DNA of 11,689 bases, taken from positions 1 through 11,689 of the forward strand of contig JAYGDX010000162.1 in assembly GCA_046582655.1 (NCBI GenBank), written 5' to 3'. The position numbers and the translations under genes were made by a program. This DNA comes from Candidatus Poribacteria bacterium. Its GTDB lineage: Bacteria > Poribacteria > WGA-4E > UBA9662. Below are positions 7,465-11,689 of the stretch, one piece after another. The notes under the pieces are model-generated. The model saw nothing but the letters and a program-made list of their open reading frames with translations, made no database searches and was not told where the DNA came from. Position 1 is the stretch's first letter. Each line of letters starts with the position of its first letter.

Positions 7465-7872
7465 TTAAAATGAGTAGCCCTGTTTTATCAGTCCCCAATT
7501 GATCACCAAATTACTGCTTGGTTCAACAGTTGTACTGTTGCCTTGAATGTTCGGCCCTTCAACGGTTAAATTGTTGAAACTTGCCCCAGCGTTGAATGTC
7601 CCAACACCCACTGCCCCTTTTGGAAAGGATTCATCTTATATAACATTTGATACTTGGGCCTTTCACCACGGCTTTCAAGACGTAGTCTGTCTTTAATTTG
7701 CACGGTTTCTTCTTATGAATTTCTATGATTTTATTGGGTGACTTAATCAAACATGGACCTTGAGCCACCCGTTGGCCGAGTCGGAAATAGTAGTAATTAC
7801 ATTCCATTGGGCCTTTTTTTGGATTGTCTTCATTGACCCGAAAAAAGATGCCAACTAGCTAGACATAATTGG
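7465..7872 (-). pseudogene. 5'-truncated, frameshifted remnant of a DUF1080/3-keto-disaccharide-hydrolase-like beta-sandwich protein with the same C-terminal tail (absent from the ORF track)
   Basis: The minus strand reads LVGIFFRVNEDNPKKGPMECNYYYFRLGQRVAQGPCLIKSPNKIIEIHKKKPCKLKTDYVLKAVVKGPSIKCYI. After a frameshift or deletion near 7636 it continues DESFPKGAVGVGTFNAGASFNNLTVEGPNIQGNSTTVEPSSNLVINWGLIKQGYSF* (stop 7465-7467). There is an in-frame TAG at 7859-7861 and no start codon or signal peptide. Confidence 0.7.
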
Positions 7873-7935
7873 CACGGCGGTACATACAAGGCGTCGGATA
7901 ATTTTCCAGCGCAAAAGATCAGGTGCCAAGACAGC
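7873..7935. repeat. Dispersed intergenic repeat, copy 2 (right half)
   Basis: 57/63 identical to 1948-2010. Weaker similarity continues to a shared minus-strand ATG (7950-7952 vs 2025-2027). Confidence 0.85.
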
Positions 7936-8049
7936 GTAGCACTGCATTCCATCTGTAGGGATGTATCCTCAACCATATCCAAAGGCCAACTGCTCTTCTA
8001 CGTATTTATCAAACCATAATGGTCTTGTTAACTTAAATGATATATCTTT

Positions 8050-9420
8050 TTAGGGCTTAACATATTTATTGTTATCAATTTTACCAATACAATAAAGATA
8101 GTTGTGACCTCTAAAATAGAGATGACTGTCGTCAATAGCCGGTGAAGCATCAAAATTATCATCCAATTTATTCTTTGCAATAATTTTGAATTGTTTATCG
8201 TGTTTTAAAACAACGAAGTTACCATTTCGACCAGTGATATATATGTGACCTCCAGCGCCAACTGGTGAAGCGTAAACTGTTTTAATATCAGGAAGACGTT
8301 CTGGACCAAAATACAATTTTCCCGTTTCGGGATTAAAACAACTCAAAATAGCTTTGTTACCCTTCAATCCATATAGGAAGTCATCATATAACAGTAAAGA
8401 CGGTGTATAGGGAGCGTTTCCCTTATTTTTCCAGAGAATAGCCTTTGTATTAGAGATATCCCCAATCGCATCAGTGATACGAATCGATTGAATTACCTGT
8501 CCTCTGTATCCACTAGCCACAATAATAGCATTGTCGTAATAAATAGGGGTGGGGATAATGTTAGAAGTTAAACCACTAACTTCCCATATTAAACGACCAG
8601 TTTCAAAATCAAAGCCTCGTGTCCGCTTATCTCCGCTCGTAACAATTTGGAGTTCACCGTTAACTGTCACTACTATAGGCGTAGACCAAGATGTCACTTC
8701 ATCTTTTTCGGTGCGCCAATTCTCCTTGCCAGTGCTGATGTCTAGAGATGTTAGAAAGGATTGGCCTTGGTGGTCCCAATTTAAGATGACACTATCACGA
8801 TGAAGTGATGGGGAAGCACCTTCTCCAAAATCCCAAAAAATATCCATATCACCAAAGTCTTTTTCCCATTGAAGGTTTCCTTCCAAATCGTAACAATAAA
8901 GCCCAGCAGAGCCAAATAAAGCCAACAGATATTTACCATTAGTGATTGGAGAAGCTGAACACCAACTAGCAGTGTTATGGATTAACTCAGGCGGGATTTT
9001 TTCATTAGCTACTTGCTGCCAAATGATTTTACCAGTGGTTCGGCTCAGAGCCATGACTATATACTGTATTTTTCGTGTAACAAGTTTACTCCCCACTGCA
9101 AAACGCCGTAATAAATTTAAATCTTTTTTACTGGGCTTATCTACATCGTCACTTAAGATCTCCCCTACTTCTTTGGCAGATAAGACAAAAATTCTGTCGT
9201 CATAAATAATTGGCGAAGAATGACCGTTACCAGGCAATCTAGTTTTCCATTTCAGATTGTCACTAGTTTCGCTCCATTTGATAGGAGGTGCTGCTTGTGG
9301 CAAACTTCCGTTCATAAGTGGGCCACGCCACTGAAACCAACTTTTGGAGGCTTCTGCTTTGCTGATTGCGATCAATCCAACCCACAAAAACAGGCCCATA
9401 AGTAATTTGAATAAATTCAT
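8050..9420 (-). CDS. Secreted PQQ-like (BamB-like) beta-propeller repeat protein, 456 aa
   Basis: Signal peptide ending in ...AISKAEA. Family-typical N-terminus WFQWRGP..NG, NLKWKT.LPG.GHSSPII, repeated blade motifs (D..G...W, SP), and C-terminal ASPAIDDSHLYFRG..YLYCIG. SD GAGGA at 9426-9430. Confidence 0.9.
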   Translation of the reverse strand: MNLFKLLMGLFLWVGLIAISKAEASKSWFQWRGPLMNGSLPQAAPPIKWSETSDNLKWKTRLPGNGHSSPIIYDDRIFVLSAKEVGEILSDDVDKPSKKDLNLLRRFAVGSKLVTRKIQYIVMALSRTTGKIIWQQVANEKIPPELIHNTASWCSASPITNGKYLLALFGSAGLYCYDLEGNLQWEKDFGDMDIFWDFGEGASPSLHRDSVILNWDHQGQSFLTSLDISTGKENWRTEKDEVTSWSTPIVVTVNGELQIVTSGDKRTRGFDFETGRLIWEVSGLTSNIIPTPIYYDNAIIVASGYRGQVIQSIRITDAIGDISNTKAILWKNKGNAPYTPSLLLYDDFLYGLKGNKAILSCFNPETGKLYFGPERLPDIKTVYASPVGAGGHIYITGRNGNFVVLKHDKQFKIIAKNKLDDNFDASPAIDDSHLYFRGHNYLYCIGKIDNNKYVKP

Positions 9421-9566
9421 CTATTTCCTCTTTTTAAATTGAGCTAAAAGATAATCTTATTGAACCTTCATATAAGTACCAACTTGAGTGGGGCCAAATA
9501 ATTAATGCTTAAAATAAAACTTCCAAAAAAATGTTATTATTGTTACAGGAACAAGGAGTAGTGTTG

Positions 9567-9575
9567 ATTATAACA
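9567..9575 (-). promoter_or_regulatory. Candidate extended -10 promoter (TGtTATAAT) for the beta-propeller gene
   Basis: Minus-strand TGTTATAAT about 146 nt upstream of ATG 9420. The region is AT-rich, so a chance match is possible. Confidence 0.4.
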
Positions 9576-9844
9576 TAGCTAATGTGCTGGCTAGTCTGAA
9601 TACTCATGTAATTTTAGAGTATAGAAATCTGAAAGGTGGCAACCCCGCAATTGATAGGCTCAACGCTAAACATCTAAGTTGCAAATTTGCATTCTTGCAA
9701 TTAAATTTAGCTAATTTACTATCTATTCAAAAATTTATTGCTGGGTTCAAGAAACGTTAGTGAGTTAACTGGTGGAAATCGTGAAGTCAAAAAAACTAGG
9801 TATGATGGTGGCAAAAATCTCTCTGATTCAAAACCCTCATTTCA

Positions 9845-9920
9845 CCTGATACTTCGTAGGCAGAACAATCCAATTGGAACTTTCCCTTACCCCCACCAGT
9901 CACGATAGGCCCACGGCGGT
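9845..9920. repeat. Dispersed intergenic repeat, copy 3 (left half)
   Basis: About 78% identical to 1883-1956. The minus-strand peptide is IVTGGGKGKFQLDC versus IATGEGKGRFPLDC in copy 1. Confidence 0.75.
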
Positions 9921-10307
9921 CCAAACCCCGGCATCTGCGGCGTACTCCTATATCCAAACGTGGCAATACTCTCCGGCGAGAGTCTAAAACCAAAGCTGCA
10001 CAACCCATCCACGCTGTTCTGAACTAGACTTTAGGCTGGTGTGGGTGGGTTCATTTTCCTGCATCACAGACTCAAACTAACCCACTACTTTACCCCGAAA
10101 CCGCAATCGTGATAAAATGCCTAAGCTAGTCCCTTGAGAGTCGAATTCGCGCTAAAGATGCATAGTTCGTTCGGCATCCCAATCCGTAGAGAAACCTAGG
10201 GCCACCCCCGATTTTTCAGCGACTACACTGACTGTCGGTGCTTGCTTAAACGTTAATATGTGACGCGAGAGTTGAGTCTTACCATGCACACTTCTTTACC
10301 CCACCAA

Positions 10308-10329
10308 TCCCATTCTTCACAGAATGGGA
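10308..10329 (+). promoter_or_regulatory. Perfect 9-bp stem-loop covering the start codon of the downstream membrane protein gene
   Basis: TCCCATTCT-TCAC-AGAATGGGA. ATG 10324-10326 lies in the 3' arm. Confidence 0.45.
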
Positions 10330-11689
10330 GAATTGAGCCGTTACGCAAAAAGGATTCAGGATTTACAGCCAAAGCATTGATTGTCGGTATTCTTTTGATA
10401 CCCGTAAATTGTTATTGGGTTGTTGGGGGTGAATCTGTATACAATTCATACTCGCCCAGTGGTGTTGCGTTATTTTCCAATGTTGTTTTCACCATTTTTG
10501 CACTGGTCATATTCAACTTACTCATTGAAAGATTTTTAACGCATCTGAGATTGACCCAAAGGGAGTTGCTTACAATTTATGTAATGCTCTGCATGGCAAC
10601 ATCAATTGCGGGACACGGGTTTGTACAAATCCTCCCACCTCTTATGGGACATGCCTTCTGGTTTGCTACACCGGAGAATGAATGGCAACAGCTTTTTTGG
10701 AGGCACCTGCCAGCTTGGCTTATCGTAAGTGATAAAACAGTTTTAAAGGGGTACTATGAAGGGGACTCTAGTCTTTTGTATGAACATATAAAAACGTGGT
10801 TGACTCCACTCTTGTGGTGGTCCGCATTTGTATTTGCGTTTATATACGTGATGCTTTGCATCAACATTATTGTGAGGAAACAGTGGATTGACCAAGATAA
10901 ACTTGCATATCCTATTATTCAACTGCCGCTTGCTATCACTAGACAAGAAAATTCATCGCGGTTGCTTAGAAGCCGATTATTGTGGATAGGATTTGTTGTT
11001 GCTGCTGGAATAGACATATTCAACGGTTTAAGTTATCTCTATCCTTCGATACCTTATGTCCCCGTTAAAGTCAGAGATATTGGCTATCTTTTTTCGGAGA
11101 AGCCGTTTAGCGCGATTGGCTGGCTCCCGATCTCCTTTTATCCAGCTATGATTGGACTTGCGTTCTTCATACCTCTATATCTCTCCTTTTCGGCTTGGTT
11201 TTTCTATCTGTCTTATAAGCTCCAGCGGGTTATCGGCAGTGTCGCAGGGCTTTCTACGCTTCCTGGTTTTCCCGATAACGACAGCCAATCGTCGGGTGCT
11301 TATATTGCTCTGTTTGTTATCGCCTTGTGGGGGACAAGAGCGCATCTCTCAACTGTTTTTGCGCAGTTCTTCAATAAGCAAAAGTTTGACCCGAAACTGC
11401 GTTTTGACGAAACAGATGAACCGATGCACTATCGTAGTGCCATCTTAAATTTGATGTTGGCGATGGCTTTTATAACTTTTTTCTGTGTAAAAGCAGATAT
11501 GACACTTGGAATCATAATAGTATTTTTCGCCATATATTACGCGATTGCGACAGCAATCGCACGTATGCGAGCAGAACTTGGAGCTCCGATTCATGACTTA
11601 CATTTTGTGGGACCGGATCAAATGATAACTGACTTTGTTGGAACACGGTATCTACAAAAGGCGGATTTGAGTCTGTTTTCTCTCTTTTG
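10324..11689 (+). CDS. Polytopic membrane protein, DUF6785-like, paralog of 2095-3960; 3'-partial (runs off the window, not in the ORF track)
   Basis: Open from ATG 10324 to the end of the window: MGELSRYAKKDSGFTAKALIVGILLIPVNCYW...WFATPENEWQQLF...RKQWIDQDKLAYPIIQLPL...ARMRAELGAPIHDLHFVGP... The motifs match the minus-strand paralog in the same order. Confidence 0.88.

Noticed and set aside
8549..9405. Antisense ORFs 8549-8803, 8942-9205 and 9220-9405
   Set aside because: They are shadows of the beta-propeller gene.
8050..9420. Calling the beta-propeller bamB or a PQQ dehydrogenase
   Set aside because: There is no lipobox cysteine, no bam gene context and no evident dehydrogenase-specific features. 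Only the fold family is supported.
1883..9920. CRISPR array or group II intron fragment as the identity of the dispersed repeat
   Set aside because: The copies are kilobases apart with no repeat-spacer periodicity and no cas genes. No recognisable intron domain V/VI arrangement was found.
9796..10008. 70-aa minus-strand ORF as a real gene
   Set aside because: Only its central 14 aa match repeat copy 1, and the flanks match in other frames. It is more likely a frameshifted repeat remnant.
10117..10258. Minus-strand peptide ...VAEKSGVALGFSTDWDAERTMHL*REFDSQGTSLGI, reminiscent of a xylose-isomerase-like TIM-barrel fragment
   Set aside because: The resemblance is weak, by eye only, and interrupted by a stop. 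It cannot be supported without a blastx or HMM search.
10743..11448. ORFs 10743-10946(-) and 11152-11448(+)
   Set aside because: They lie inside the long open + frame from 10324 that encodes the DUF6785-like paralog.

Overview
Accessory-type bacterial region of roughly 40% GC (by eye), most consistent with Candidatus Poribacteria. That assignment is inferred from the combination of secreted LamG-like jellyroll proteins with an 'AVEP-x-x-KL-x-T-x-W-x-x-I/L-K/R' C-terminal tail, DUF6785/DUF6784-like membrane proteins, a PhyH dioxygenase and a WRGP-type PQQ-like propeller. It holds two independent tandem arrays of LamG genes. Array A (+ strand) has a partial copy at 1-101, an intact copy at 134-937 and a frameshifted copy at 970-1783. 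Array B (- strand) has copies at 5629-6411 and 6535-7302. Both arrays show patchwork identity between copies. There are also two paralogous polytopic membrane proteins (2095-3960 on -, and 10324->11689 on +, which the ORF track missed), a phytanoyl-CoA dioxygenase family gene and a PQQ-like beta-propeller gene. The spacers are not empty. They contain a decayed DUF1080-like gene carrying the same C-terminal tail (7465-7872), a possible SnoaL-like fragment, and a three-copy dispersed repeat whose most complete copy encodes a 52-aa ORF. The best candidate for an uncharacterised system is a shared C-terminal sorting-like signal on six secreted proteins or remnants of two different folds, together with recombinational shuffling of the LamG paralogs. 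No rRNA, tRNA, CRISPR array or transposase was seen.
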